Shown piece after piece: positions 10,823 through 21,358 of a stretch of 64,000 bases of DNA. Below the pieces are notes generated by a model. The model had not been told where the DNA came from and did not search any database. It saw only the letters and a list, made by a program, of their open reading frames with translations. The DNA lies in contig CAXXIN010000013.1 in assembly GCA_963665275.2 (NCBI GenBank), positions 128,001 through 192,000 of the forward strand. Reading direction: 5' to 3'. The first letter of the stretch is position 1; the number at the start of each line of letters is the position of its first letter. The DNA is from Negativicutes bacterium (lineage in GTDB: Bacteria; Bacillota; Negativicutes; UBA1444). A program made the position numbers and the translations under genes.

Positions 10823-11752
10823 ATGGCAACTCAAAAAACAAAACAGCCTGTCGATGGGGCAGGCTGTCATTCAGGCTTGGTACTATGGCGGTTATTGCGT
10901 CCTCATACTCTGACAGCATCTTTTGTTCCCGTGCTTATCGGCAGCGCGCTGGCCCTGCCTTCCGGCAATTTCCGGCCCAGCCTGGCTTGCATGATGCTCC
11001 TGTCCAGTTTGTTGCTCCAGAGTGCGACCAACATGTTCAATGAATACTATGATTATCGCCGGGGGCTGGACCATGAAGAGTCCGTCGGCATCGGCGGCGC
11101 CATCGTCCGGGACGGAATGCCAGCGAAATGGGTCCTGCGAATTGCGATCGGCTGTTCGGTGCTTGCTTTGCTGTTGGGAGTTCAGATCATGCAGCAAAGC
11201 AGCTGGAGAATTCTTCCCTGGGGCCTCGGCTGCATCGCTGTCGGCTATTTTTATTCCGGCGGACCCTTCCCAATCTCGGCCACACCCTTTGGTGAAGTGG
11301 CCGCAGGCGCCTGCATGGGGCTCGGTATCATATCGATCTCGTATTTCATTCACACAGTGGCGCTCACCCCACTGGTGTATCTGGTTTCAGCAGCACCTTC
11401 CATCATGATCGGCGCTATTCTGATGGCGAACAATATCCGCGACCTCAAGGACGACGAAGCTCATGGAAGAAAAACGCTGGCCGTCCTATTGGGTAGGGAG
11501 GCGGCAATCCGAATTTTGGCGGGCATGTTCGCAATTTCATATTTCTGGGTGCTGGCGCTATCTGCAGTCGGACTGATTTCTCCCTGGGCCCTGCTCGTGC
11601 TATTGAGCGTACCCAAATCGCTGCAGGCTGTCGCCGGCTTCCGGCAGGGCGCCAGCCCGGTTGAAATGATGCCGGCCATGGTGGCCACGGCTCAAACAAA
11701 CACGGTATTTGGCTTGCTATTGGCGCTGGGGCTGATCCTCGCTCAGCTTTGA
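10823..11752 (+). CDS. menA: 1,4-dihydroxy-2-naphthoate prenyltransferase (UbiA family)
   Basis: RPHTLTAS, NMFNEYYD, NNIRD...D...GRKTLAV; multiple TM segments. Confidence 0.9.
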   Translation: MATQKTKQPVDGAGCHSGLVLWRLLRPHTLTASFVPVLIGSALALPSGNFRPSLACMMLLSSLLLQSATNMFNEYYDYRRGLDHEESVGIGGAIVRDGMPAKWVLRIAIGCSVLALLLGVQIMQQSSWRILPWGLGCIAVGYFYSGGPFPISATPFGEVAAGACMGLGIISISYFIHTVALTPLVYLVSAAPSIMIGAILMANNIRDLKDDEAHGRKTLAVLLGREAAIRILAGMFAISYFWVLALSAVGLISPWALLVLLSVPKSLQAVAGFRQGASPVEMMPAMVATAQTNTVFGLLLALGLILAQL

Positions 11753-11780
11753 ATGCTACCCGCCCTATCGGCCGCCGCGC

Positions 11781-13811
11781 TTATACTTTAAATTTGCTGA
11801 CCGCACTGCTGAGCTCCTCCGCCATCCTTGCCAGGGCGTGGCTGGAAGAAGCGATTTCCTGCGTTGTAGCCGATTGTTCTTGTGTGGCGGCGGATACGGT
11901 TTGCGACTCTTCAGCGATTCCTTTACTGATCGCGTCGATATCCCGCACCGAAGTCACGATCTGTTGACTGCCGCCGGCCAGTTCTTCCATAGCGGCGGAG
12001 ATTTCCCGCATCTGCCCCGAAATATCATTGATTGCCCGGAAAATATCGTTGAAGGATTTTCCGGCCACATCCACCACTGCGGCGCCAATACGAACTTCTT
12101 TGGTCCCGGCATCCATTGCGATGACGGCGCTGTCCGTATCCTGCTGAATTTCGCCAATCAACCCGGCAATCTGCTTTGCGGCCGTTTCGGATTGTTCCGC
12201 AAGTTTACGGACTTCTTCCGCCACCACGGCGAATCCTCGCCCTTGCTCTCCGGCCCGGGCGGCTTCGATTGCCGCATTCAAGGCCAACAAGTTCGTCTGC
12301 CCGGCAATTCCCGAGATCGTGGCAACGATCTGGCCGATTTCCTTGGAGCGTTCGCCCAATTTGGCGACCACTTTCGCGGATGCGGTGACCGTCTGTTCGA
12401 TGGTTCCCATCTGCGAAACCGCCTTGCTGACCGCCGCGCTTCCCTCTTGCGCCGCTCCGGCCGACTTGGCCGCAGTGCCGGAAATTTCATTGGCATTGGC
12501 TGACACTTGCTCAATCCCGGCTGACATTCCCTCGACAACCGCCCTGGCATTGTCGACGGCTTTCAGTTGTTTTTCACTGCCATTCGCCACATCCGTGATG
12601 GTCTGAGCGACCTGATTTGCAGCCTGCGCTGATTGTTCGGCGCTGGCGGTTAATTCTTCCGACGCGGCAGCCACCTGATCAGTCTGGCTCTGCACCTTGC
12701 TGACCAACGTCTGCAAATTCGTACGCATCGTCAGAAAACCCTGAGCCAGTTGGCCGATTTCATCTTCAGTGTTCACCTTGCTCTCGCGATGCCGGAAATC
12801 TCCCTGCGCCAGCAGCAAACACTCATCGCGCAACAGGCGAATCGGCTTCGCGAAGCGGCCGCTGATAATCAGGATGAACAAGACGGCGATGAGAATCAGC
12901 GCCACGGATGTTGCCAGCATAGTTCGACCCAAAACAGTCGTCTCGCGGGTGACCTCCGCCTCCGGGGCCGTCACGATCATCACCCAGCGTTGCCCGCCCG
13001 GCAGATTGATGGCCGTGTACACTGCTACCCGTTCAATCCCGTCAACGAAAGTGTAGCGGCCCTGGCCCTGTTTGCCTGTCTCCGCCACTTTTTTGAACAG
13101 GCTGATCAAGCGATCATCCAGCTCCGCCTGTTGCAATTTCAGTTCCGGATTGATCTTTTTTTCGGCGTAGTTCAGCTTGCCGACCAGGTTCGACATTTTG
13201 GGATTGGCAAGTAATAACCCCTTGTCATCCACAATCGCTCCGTAGCCGGTATCCTTGAATTTCAGTTCTTTCAGCGAGTCGGACAGCTGTTCCAGCGAAT
13301 ATGTCCCTGTCATTACCCCGATCAGCTGCCCATTGTTCAGAATCGGCACAGCCAAGTTCACCGACATTTTACCGGTGCTACGAACCACTAGTGGTTCTGA
13401 AACATAGGGCTGGCGGGTCTGCATGACCTGTTTGAAATATTCGCGGTCGCCGAGTTGCGCAGTTGTACCGTCCGAGCGGATCGTAGCGCCATCCGGATAA
13501 ATGAAATTAATGATATCGAGCCTGCCGATGCGTTTGCGGGCTTCATCCATAGTTGCCACGATCACATTGCGGTCGCCTGTACGCACGCGTTGGGTGGAAG
13601 CGGTATCTTCAAGCATGATGATCAGCTTCTGCATTTCGGCGGTAATCCGGTTGCCATAGTCGTTACCAATGGCGGCCGCGGTCTCATCAACGCTTTGCGT
13701 CAGCGCCTGATTGGAAAGATAATAACTGATCCCGGACATGATCCCGAATGCCAGGATGAAAAAGGGCAAGAGAATGGCGAGAAGACGGATTCTGATGCTT
13801 TTAATTTTCAT
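11781..13811 (-). CDS. methyl-accepting chemotaxis protein (dCache-HAMP-MCP)
   Basis: Two TM segments, DREYF cache motif, [30 protein letters not shown]. Confidence 0.95.
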   Translation of the reverse strand: MKIKSIRIRLLAILLPFFILAFGIMSGISYYLSNQALTQSVDETAAAIGNDYGNRITAEMQKLIIMLEDTASTQRVRTGDRNVIVATMDEARKRIGRLDIINFIYPDGATIRSDGTTAQLGDREYFKQVMQTRQPYVSEPLVVRSTGKMSVNLAVPILNNGQLIGVMTGTYSLEQLSDSLKELKFKDTGYGAIVDDKGLLLANPKMSNLVGKLNYAEKKINPELKLQQAELDDRLISLFKKVAETGKQGQGRYTFVDGIERVAVYTAINLPGGQRWVMIVTAPEAEVTRETTVLGRTMLATSVALILIAVLFILIISGRFAKPIRLLRDECLLLAQGDFRHRESKVNTEDEIGQLAQGFLTMRTNLQTLVSKVQSQTDQVAAASEELTASAEQSAQAANQVAQTITDVANGSEKQLKAVDNARAVVEGMSAGIEQVSANANEISGTAAKSAGAAQEGSAAVSKAVSQMGTIEQTVTASAKVVAKLGERSKEIGQIVATISGIAGQTNLLALNAAIEAARAGEQGRGFAVVAEEVRKLAEQSETAAKQIAGLIGEIQQDTDSAVIAMDAGTKEVRIGAAVVDVAGKSFNDIFRAINDISGQMREISAAMEELAGGSQQIVTSVRDIDAISKGIAEESQTVSAATQEQSATTQEIASSSHALARMAEELSSAVSKFKV

Positions 13812-14006
13812 ATTAACTCTCCTAAATTTTTCATATTAACAAAATTCCTTGAGGACTGGCCGCAACATATTTCAGAGAGTTTCCATCTTCTTGCTCCATA
13901 CCTCCTTTGTTCGCCGCTATATTAATTGCAATATTTGCACAAACTCTACGTCTTTAATAAATTCTCCGTCAAAAGTCGAAACCCTGCCCGCCGCAGGTGA
14001 AAAAGC

Positions 14007-14044
14007 GAAGCCCTGTTCGCTGCACTTGCAGCGAACAGGGCTTC
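14007..14044 (-). terminator. 18-bp perfect hairpin after BKACE gene
   Basis: GAAGCCCTGTTCGCTGCA-CT-TGCAGCGAACAGGGCTTC. Confidence 0.7.
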
Positions 14045-14060
14045 AACATATCCATGACGA

Positions 14061-14984
14061 TCAGTAATTGACTTTAGCAATACCTTTGAGCTCCAGAATC
14101 TTGCGCGCCTCGTCCGAAGTCGCAAACTCCAGACCCAGTCGTTCGCCGATTTCCTTGATCTGGGTAACTTGTTCCGCGCTCGATTTCGCCAATACGCCGG
14201 ACCGGAGATAGAGGTTGTCTTCCAGCCCCACCCGGGCGTTGCCGCCCATGGCCAGAGCCGTTGTCACCAGTGGGAACTGCGCCCTACCAGCAGCGGCGCA
14301 GGACCACACAAACTCCCCGAGTTGTTCGCGAGCCGTTTTGACCATGTAGACAAGATTATCGACCGTTGCCGGAATCCCGCCCAGAATTCCCATCACAAAC
14401 TGCAGATAAATCGGCTTTTTGATCAATCCTTTATTATAGAAATAGGCGATGTTATTAATCATGCCAATATCATATACTTCAAATTCAGGACGAATCTCAA
14501 GTTCATTCATGGTCTTGATGTAATACTCCAAGCCGGTGAAAGTATTCGTAAACACCATGTCATCGGAACGCTTCAGATGAGGAATTTCCCACTCATATTG
14601 GGGATTCACAAGTTTTTCCGCGGCAGGAGAATATACGAAGTTCACAGACCCGGCATTGCAGGACGCCAATTCGGGCTTTAGCGCGGCAGCCGGCGCCAGA
14701 CGCTGCTCCGAGGTCATCCACACCGCGCCGCCGGTACTGATGCAAATGACGGCATCACACTGGGTTTTAATCGCCGATACAATTTCTCTCATGATTTCCA
14801 AATCGGGTGAGGGGCTGCCGTCCTGCGGGTTTCTGGCATGGATATGCACCACTGCCGCGCCTGCGGCGTGAGCCTTCACCGCATCTGCAATAATTTGCTC
14901 CGGGGTATGCGGGAAATAGGGGCTCATACTGGGAGTGTGGATTGAACCGGTCATTGCTGCGGTAATGATTACTTTTCTGGCCAT
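14061..14984 (-). CDS. beta-keto acid cleavage enzyme (BKACE/DUF849 family)
   Basis: IITAAMTGSIHTP, HIHAR, RPEFEVYD, GGNARVGLEDN. Confidence 0.9.
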   Translation of the reverse strand: MARKVIITAAMTGSIHTPSMSPYFPHTPEQIIADAVKAHAAGAAVVHIHARNPQDGSPSPDLEIMREIVSAIKTQCDAVICISTGGAVWMTSEQRLAPAAALKPELASCNAGSVNFVYSPAAEKLVNPQYEWEIPHLKRSDDMVFTNTFTGLEYYIKTMNELEIRPEFEVYDIGMINNIAYFYNKGLIKKPIYLQFVMGILGGIPATVDNLVYMVKTAREQLGEFVWSCAAAGRAQFPLVTTALAMGGNARVGLEDNLYLRSGVLAKSSAEQVTQIKEIGERLGLEFATSDEARKILELKGIAKVNY

Positions 14985-15027
14985 AAGAGTCCTCCTTGAA
15001 GTTTGCAAACTTCTTTTTTCTTACTGA

Positions 15028-15052
15028 ATTCGTCGTTTTCCCGCCTTTTCCT
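15028..15052 (-). promoter_or_regulatory. SigH-type promoter
   Basis: AGGA-N17-GAAT on the minus strand. Confidence 0.55.
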
Positions 15053-15108
15053 CCCTCTTATGATCGGGTCAGGTGAAAAGAAATGGCTTTTTCCCCGCCG
15101 GATCGTTC

Positions 15109-16275
15109 TTACTGACCGGCTCGCCGCGAATACACCCAAAGATAGGCAACCAGTCCTAGCAATACCAGCCCTGTAGCTCCCAGCGAAAATTGCACTGAAA
15201 CCCCAGCCTTGCTCGCCAGGGTATAGGCCGCTACGCCCATGAACATAAAGCTGTTTTCCATGAAATTCTGTACGGCGATAGTTTTCCCTGCTCCGATCAG
15301 GCCGTGCCCCACTTGCTGCAGACAGGCGTTCATCGGCACAATGTAAATGCCACCCAGCGTCCCAACTAGGAGCAACAATACCACGGTCGGGATCAACGTA
15401 TCAACAAGCAGGAACCCCAAGATTGCCAGAGCCATACCAAAGCCGTACCACACAGTCCGGCGATATTCCTGGATATTGATGAGAAACGGAGTGATCAGCG
15501 CCCCTATCGCGATGCCCACGCCCGTAACAGCGATAAGCAGGCTGATATGCGTTCCCCCGGTGATGCCGAGGGTCAGGGGAACCCAGACAAAAACGACCAT
15601 TCTCAGTACAGAAGATGCCATCCAGAAGGAGCCCGTCCCAATCATTGAATAATGGCTCTCCCGCTGTTTCATCAGCTTGACTGCATCGCGGGCGAATTCG
15701 CGGATTGCATCGTTATAGCGGATGGAAGCGTTGCCTGGATCTTTGGGAATCAGCTTATTCACAGCAATCGATGCCCCATATAATAAAGCACTGGCAACTA
15801 AAGCGCCCGTAATCGACAGATCCGACAAATACCCTCCGGCTACTGAACCCGTCAAAATAGCCAGAATCGTATAGCTCTCCAATTTCGAATTCGCTCGCAG
15901 CAACTCGTCCTCATTATGGGTCAAAAACGGCAGTATTCCATATTTGGCCGGGCTGTAAATTGCGCTTCCCACACCAACCACGGCATAACAGGGAGCCGGA
16001 TTCAGGCCGGCGAGCAGTGCGAGCACCCCGGACAATTTCACGATGTTGCCGACAATCAAGACCTGTGCCTTGGGCCACTTGTCGGCAAACCGACCAACCC
16101 AGGGCGACAAGAAAATGTATACGGCCAAAAATGCGCTTTGCACAAACGGCAGATAGTAACTTGGATACGAATCCCGCAGAATGATCCCTTGGGCAACGAA
16201 CAAAATCATATTGTCGACAAATGCGGACAGAAACTGCGCTAAAAATAACGCTCCGAGCGGAGATAACTTATGCAC
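15109..16275 (-). CDS. lplT: lysophospholipid transporter (MFS)
   Basis: AQFLSAFVDN, YSPAKYGILP, AGKTIAVQNFMEN; directly downstream of aas; start codon uncertain (16275 or 16290). Confidence 0.88.
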   Translation of the reverse strand: MHKLSPLGALFLAQFLSAFVDNMILFVAQGIILRDSYPSYYLPFVQSAFLAVYIFLSPWVGRFADKWPKAQVLIVGNIVKLSGVLALLAGLNPAPCYAVVGVGSAIYSPAKYGILPFLTHNEDELLRANSKLESYTILAILTGSVAGGYLSDLSITGALVASALLYGASIAVNKLIPKDPGNASIRYNDAIREFARDAVKLMKQRESHYSMIGTGSFWMASSVLRMVVFVWVPLTLGITGGTHISLLIAVTGVGIAIGALITPFLINIQEYRRTVWYGFGMALAILGFLLVDTLIPTVVLLLLVGTLGGIYIVPMNACLQQVGHGLIGAGKTIAVQNFMENSFMFMGVAAYTLASKAGVSVQFSLGATGLVLLGLVAYLWVYSRRAGQ

Positions 16276-18382
16276 TTTCCTCTCCCTCACGCACCATTGC
16301 TTTCAAACTGACATAATCGGTCTTGCCACTGCCGAGGATCGGCAACTTTTCTATGATAATGATATCGGCAGGCAGAAACAGCATACTCTGGCCCGATTGG
16401 CTCATAAGTTCGCGCAAAGCCTGTTTGGTAGCGCTCTTGCATGTCGTGTACAGAACTATCTTTTCACCTTTTTTGGCATCAGGAACATTGATTGCCGCAT
16501 TACGGTCCGTGGCGAAACACTTTTCCGCTGTCTTTTCGACACTGTCCAGGCTGATCATTTCTCCCGATATTTTGGCAAAACGCTTCAGGCGTGATTTAAT
16601 GCTCACGAACCCATCCTGATCGATAGAAACGACATCGCCGCAATCATACCATTCTTCGGCAGGAACAAAACCTTTTCCGTGCAGCAGATAGCCTGCCATA
16701 ATATTGGGCCCCTTGACCAGCAAGTCACCCCCGTCTTCGATTCCGGGCACTGCCTCGATGCGCCACTCGATCCCAGGCAATAGCCGCCCCACAGTACCTG
16801 TGCGAAAGAACAACGGCGTATTGAGACTTAATACGGGACCGGTTTCTGTCGTGCCATATCCTTCCATGATCCGTAGACCGAACTTCTCACTCCACAATTG
16901 ACGCACTTCATCTTTGAGTTTTTCTCCGCCGGCCAAAACGTAGCGCATTTTGTAAAAATCATACGGATGGCAATATTTCGCATACCCATGGAGAAAGGTA
17001 GGTGTGCTCAAAAGCACCGTAGCATTCCAGTCATAGGCGATCTCGGGTACGATTCGGTAATGGAGCGGGCTGGGATACAAAAACAAATCCAGGCCGCTGA
17101 AAATCGGCAGCAAGGTACCGGCAGTCAGGCCGAAGGAATGAAACATCGGCAGTGCATTCAGCATTTTGTCCTGATGCGTATAGTCAACGATGCAGGAAAT
17201 CTGATTAAGATTGGTCATCAGGTGGCGATGATAAAGAACAACCCCTTTGGGCTTGCTCTCGCTGCCGCTCGTAAACAGGATCAACGACGGTTCAGTTGTC
17301 CCTGCAGCTTTTGCCTGCCGAAGGTATTTAACGAAGGCGATGACCTTATCAATCCACGTCACCTCTGTTTTGACATCTTCCAGGTAGATGAGGCGAAGCT
17401 TGGCGCCCAGGCGCGCGGCCAAGTCTTCCAGCCGTCCCTTCTCGATGAAAGCGCGCGACGTCAGCACGGTTTTGACTCCGGCTGTTTCAGCACAGTTCAG
17501 AATGTTTTCTGCGCCGATGCTGAAATTCAAAACGGCAGGGGTCTTACCGATCAAGAACAGCGCAAACAGGGTCACTAGGTGCCCGATGGAGTTGGGCAGC
17601 ATCACGCCGACCGTATCCTCCGCAGCCAAAAGCCGTTGAAACTTGCCGCCCAGAGCATAGCAGCCCAGGAGGGCTTTCGCATACGTTATACTGCCGGAGA
17701 TGTCCTCGGCCATGACTTTGCTGCTGCCATGAAGCTGGGCGGTATCCAGCAATTTGTCAAACAGATTGGTTCGCCTCTCCTGCACCTGTTTCGCTTCAAA
17801 CTGAGTCTTTTGCAGCAAGTTCAAAATCCGGTCGCTAATCTCTTTTTTCTGTTGCCTGAACCCGGTCGAAGGATTCACCGCAAGGTGTGTGGGCGATCCA
17901 ACATGAATAACGAGAGGTGGAAACCAACGGGTTTTGAGCTTCCCTTGCATGCGCGATGCCTTGGAAAATTCCGGCCCGAGCAATAACACGGGATAAAGCA
18001 TGCACCCGGTGCGCAGTGCGACCATGCCGATGCCGCTGTAAATTTTCATCAGACTGCCTGTCGTAGTAATGCGTCCTTCGGGGAACAGTACCACCGGACG
18101 GCCTTCATTGACGGCGGCCAGGATTTTTTTGAGCGAATAGGGATTGAGCGGATCCACAACAATGTGATCGACCCAGCGCAATACGAAACCGATCTTGGCT
18201 GCGATTGCCGTATTGACGACGAAGCAGGCATTGTGCGGCAGATAGGCGTACAGCAGGATCGGGTCGAGAAACGAGACATGGTTGGGCATCACAATGGAGG
18301 GTCCGTTAAATTGCAGCCTGTCGCCGCCAACGACTTTGATCTTGAAAAACAAATTTAGGATTGCGCGAACCAAACCCCTCAC
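16268..18382 (-). CDS. aas: bifunctional 2-acyl-GPE acyltransferase / acyl-ACP synthetase
   Basis: NHVSFLD and FPEG acyltransferase motifs; FTSGSESKPKGV and YGTTE adenylation motifs. Confidence 0.92.
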   Translation of the reverse strand: MRGLVRAILNLFFKIKVVGGDRLQFNGPSIVMPNHVSFLDPILLYAYLPHNACFVVNTAIAAKIGFVLRWVDHIVVDPLNPYSLKKILAAVNEGRPVVLFPEGRITTTGSLMKIYSGIGMVALRTGCMLYPVLLLGPEFSKASRMQGKLKTRWFPPLVIHVGSPTHLAVNPSTGFRQQKKEISDRILNLLQKTQFEAKQVQERRTNLFDKLLDTAQLHGSSKVMAEDISGSITYAKALLGCYALGGKFQRLLAAEDTVGVMLPNSIGHLVTLFALFLIGKTPAVLNFSIGAENILNCAETAGVKTVLTSRAFIEKGRLEDLAARLGAKLRLIYLEDVKTEVTWIDKVIAFVKYLRQAKAAGTTEPSLILFTSGSESKPKGVVLYHRHLMTNLNQISCIVDYTHQDKMLNALPMFHSFGLTAGTLLPIFSGLDLFLYPSPLHYRIVPEIAYDWNATVLLSTPTFLHGYAKYCHPYDFYKMRYVLAGGEKLKDEVRQLWSEKFGLRIMEGYGTTETGPVLSLNTPLFFRTGTVGRLLPGIEWRIEAVPGIEDGGDLLVKGPNIMAGYLLHGKGFVPAEEWYDCGDVVSIDQDGFVSIKSRLKRFAKISGEMISLDSVEKTAEKCFATDRNAAINVPDAKKGEKIVLYTTCKSATKQALRELMSQSGQSMLFLPADIIIIEKLPILGSGKTDYVSLKAMVREGEESA

Positions 18383-19011
18383 AGCGTCTCCTCCTCAACC
18401 TTTTCTGAAACTTCAGCGGGAACCCAAGTGGGCCCTTCTAATTGAAACATCTTGCGAACCGCGGCAACGACCTCTGCTTTCAGTTCCTCAAAGGCCGGCA
18501 ATACGTCATGGAAATAAGGGTATTGAACTAGCGGCTGCAACAAAATTCCGGAATAGATGGTAATCCAAAAATAAACTGATTTTTGCGGAATTTCCCCATT
18601 ATGCATGCCTTCCTCCAGAATCTGTCGAATCATAAAATGCGGTTTGACCGATTCAGGCGCTTTCCCCCAAAACCGGTACTGTGAGAGGAGGGCAAACTTG
18701 ATCTCTGAAGGATATTGCCGATAAAGATCATAGGTGACTTCCACAAGGCGACAAAGCTGGTTCACGGTGCCGACCACTTCCTCGTGGATCTGCTGCAGCC
18801 GCTGAGTATAATCTGTAATAATCGCCGTGAAAATATACAGGGCCATTTCTTCTTTTCCCTTGAAATGTTTGTACAAGGCGGCTTCTGATACACCGGCCGA
18901 TTTGGCCAAATCGCGAACAGATACCGCATCATAGCCACGGGTCGCAAACAACGACAAACTCGCCTTTAAAATATCCCCCTTTTTCCCCTCGCAGGCAAAC
19001 AATGTTTGCAT
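18379..19011 (-). CDS. TetR-family regulator
   Basis: GYDAVSVRDLAKSAGVSEAALYKHFKGKE HTH; GTGA overlap with aas start. Confidence 0.92.
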   Translation of the reverse strand: MQTLFACEGKKGDILKASLSLFATRGYDAVSVRDLAKSAGVSEAALYKHFKGKEEMALYIFTAIITDYTQRLQQIHEEVVGTVNQLCRLVEVTYDLYRQYPSEIKFALLSQYRFWGKAPESVKPHFMIRQILEEGMHNGEIPQKSVYFWITIYSGILLQPLVQYPYFHDVLPAFEELKAEVVAAVRKMFQLEGPTWVPAEVSEKVEEETL

Positions 19012-19036
19012 AAGCGTACTCCGCCTCCCCTACACA

Positions 19037-19088
19037 AAAGTTAACATTTGTTAACTTTATTATAAAGAAGGCATTAACTCTTTGTCAA
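19037..19088 (-). promoter_or_regulatory. sigma-A promoter with TetR-type palindromic operator
   Basis: TTGACA-N18-TATAAT followed immediately by AAAGTTAACA-N2-TGTTAACTTT (19037-19058). Confidence 0.75.
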
Positions 19089-19096
19089 CAAGTTTC

Positions 19097-19139
19097 GAAA
19101 AACAGCGCACTGCCTCTCACGAGACAATGCGCTGTTTTC
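19097..19139 (-). terminator. terminator after transaldolase-family gene
   Basis: AAAACAGCGCA...TGCGCTGTTTT inverted repeat with T tract. Confidence 0.7.
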
Positions 19140-19170
19140 ATTAGGATGCACAATGCGGCTCTACTTCAAA

Positions 19171-20250
19171 TTATTTGACAACGATCATAACCTTGCGAAT
19201 GATACCGAGCAGTTCGTCGTAGCCGCCCAAGAATTGCAGCAAGGTTCGGCAAGTGGCGCCGTAGGTTTCAAACTCCGCCGGGGTCAGGCCGTCAGGCTGG
19301 TAGGCCTTGTTGAATTCCGGCAGATGCGCGGACAATTGAGCGATGATTTTGGGGTCGACTGGTTTGTCGATACGGTTTTCCACGGTAATATCGGAAGCGT
19401 TGAATTTTTTGATCCAACCATGGGGAATCGTGAGCGAAACATCGCCGCCAATGAACTCCGACCAGTGGTGATGGTTGCGGTAAGCCGCCGCCAGCAGTTG
19501 CGTCCGGTACCCTTTTTCCTGATAGATCCGGTAAGCGTTTTTCATCACGGCCACCCCGGCCCAATCGAGACACTCTGGGTCCATGATAATTCCATCGCGG
19601 TCCACGACGACTTTTAACCAGTCATCCACCCGACCGACCATGAGAGTGCAGACAGGATGCATCAGGCTCGAGTCGAGGCCTTCCGCTTCGCGGCGTTTGA
19701 GGCCGCGTTCAACCGCTTCCGCCACCGCCAGAGCCTGGGCAACGGTGAAGCTCACGGTCGCATTGATGCTGACTCCCTGATAGGTCGCCTCTTCATAGGC
19801 CTTGATACCCGCCTGGGTGGCCGGCATCTTCACTTGCATGTTGGGCGCCAGTTTATTGAAACGCAGAGCTTGTTGCAACATGAGGTCGCTGTTTTTAAAG
19901 TATTTGGTGTTGGTTTGGATCGATATCCGGCCTTTTTGTCCTTTGGAGGTCACAAAGATCGGCTCCAGAATTTTTGCCCCGGCTACCGCCATTTCTTCAT
20001 TCAACGCCCAGGCGATGTCGTCTTCGCTGGCAGTGGGCATCTCGCGAATGAGTTCTTCGATTCTGCCTTTATAGGAATTCATTTCCTTCTGCAGCACTTC
20101 TTTCACGATGACCGGGTTGGTCGTGGCGCCCACCGCGCCGTATTCCATCGCATATGTCAGTTCAGGCACTGAACAGGAATCATTCCAAAAATCCGTAGGC
20201 GATGTGCATGCCATTTCATGCAGGGGACTTTTATATTGCGCTTTGTTCAT
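19171..20250 (-). CDS. transaldolase/FSA-family aldolase (atypical subfamily)
   Basis: WNDS, GATTNP, VKMPAT (Schiff-base Lys), INATVSF, VGRVDD; ATG 20250 after AAGGAG. Confidence 0.85.
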   Translation of the reverse strand: MNKAQYKSPLHEMACTSPTDFWNDSCSVPELTYAMEYGAVGATTNPVIVKEVLQKEMNSYKGRIEELIREMPTASEDDIAWALNEEMAVAGAKILEPIFVTSKGQKGRISIQTNTKYFKNSDLMLQQALRFNKLAPNMQVKMPATQAGIKAYEEATYQGVSINATVSFTVAQALAVAEAVERGLKRREAEGLDSSLMHPVCTLMVGRVDDWLKVVVDRDGIIMDPECLDWAGVAVMKNAYRIYQEKGYRTQLLAAAYRNHHHWSEFIGGDVSLTIPHGWIKKFNASDITVENRIDKPVDPKIIAQLSAHLPEFNKAYQPDGLTPAEFETYGATCRTLLQFLGGYDELLGIIRKVMIVVK

Positions 20251-20275
20251 TTTCTCTCCTTCTTTCGTCGTAATA

Positions 20276-21301
20276 TTATGGTTGCAACAAAATTTTATAT
20301 CCCTCTTTGTTGATGGCCATTTCAAATCCTCTTCGCCACTCTGTAAGCGGAAGTTTGGCGCTAATCAGCGGATTCACATTGACCTGTTTGAGTTCCAGCA
20401 TTCGCAGCGCCCGCACCCAGGAAGTTCGTTCCGAGGCATAGCTGTTGGTCATCACAATTTCTTTCTTCAAGGCCAGATCCATATCAAAGGCGATCTTCTT
20501 TCCAAACAAACCTACCTGCACATACATTCCGGTCTTCTTCAAAAGTTTCAGGCAGGTATCCGCCGATGGCGCAGCGCCCGCGCACTCAAAGGCAACATCG
20601 AAGCCACTTCCGTTCGTGATAATGGCTGATTTCGCGTAGACATCCTCCGCCTCAACGTCGATCACGGCAAACGCCCCGAGCTCAGACGCCAGTTGCAATC
20701 TTTCCTTATCGATAGAGGTGCCGGTCACAACCACCTTGCCCCCGCTGGCCATCGCCAGCTGCATGGTCAACAATCCCATCGTTCCGGGACCGGATACCAA
20801 TACGTAGTCACCGGCTTTGACAGTAGCCCGCTCGATAACGCTCCGAACGACGCAAGCCAGCGGCTCGCACAACGCTGCTTCGTCCAGCGATACCGTCTGT
20901 GGAATCTGGAAAGCCAGCTCTGCGGGCACAATGACATAGTCAGCCATCGCCCCATTCACCCCAGACCCTATGGAGAGCCGTTTCTCGCACAACATCAGCA
21001 GTCCTTCGTGACAATAGCTGCAATGCCCGCAAGTCACAACCGCAGTCAGTGAAACCACCCGGTCACCGGGTGCGAAGCCCTGAACGCCGTCTCCGACGTC
21101 TTCCACAATTCCTGAAAACTCATGCCCCAGGATGACTGGAAAACTGCTGGGATATTCATCAAGCATGATATGGATATCGGTGCCGCAGATTCCCGCAGCA
21201 TGGACCTTGATCTTTAGCTCCCCAGCTTCCGCAATAGGCTCCGAAACCTCCCGGATATCTACGCCGTCCGGTCCTTGACTCAGCTTGTGTAACCCTTTCA
21301 T
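20276..21301 (-). CDS. Zn-dependent MDR dehydrogenase (polyol / polyol-phosphate dehydrogenase-like)
   Basis: GICGTD, GHEFSG, CGHCSYC...C, EPLAC, GPGTMG. Confidence 0.9.
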   Translation of the reverse strand: MKGLHKLSQGPDGVDIREVSEPIAEAGELKIKVHAAGICGTDIHIMLDEYPSSFPVILGHEFSGIVEDVGDGVQGFAPGDRVVSLTAVVTCGHCSYCHEGLLMLCEKRLSIGSGVNGAMADYVIVPAELAFQIPQTVSLDEAALCEPLACVVRSVIERATVKAGDYVLVSGPGTMGLLTMQLAMASGGKVVVTGTSIDKERLQLASELGAFAVIDVEAEDVYAKSAIITNGSGFDVAFECAGAAPSADTCLKLLKKTGMYVQVGLFGKKIAFDMDLALKKEIVMTNSYASERTSWVRALRMLELKQVNVNPLISAKLPLTEWRRGFEMAINKEGYKILLQP

Positions 21302-21358
21302 TTCAAATACCTCCCGACCGTCTCTTTCTTCGACTCATTCGCTGCATTTTTGAGCTTT

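Noticed and set aside
13832-13941. uORF MEQEDGNSLK... and a Rex-like palindrome upstream of the first MCP
   Set aside because: AGGAGG abuts the ATG (spacing too short); only one half-site matches TTGTGAA-N4-TTCACAA.
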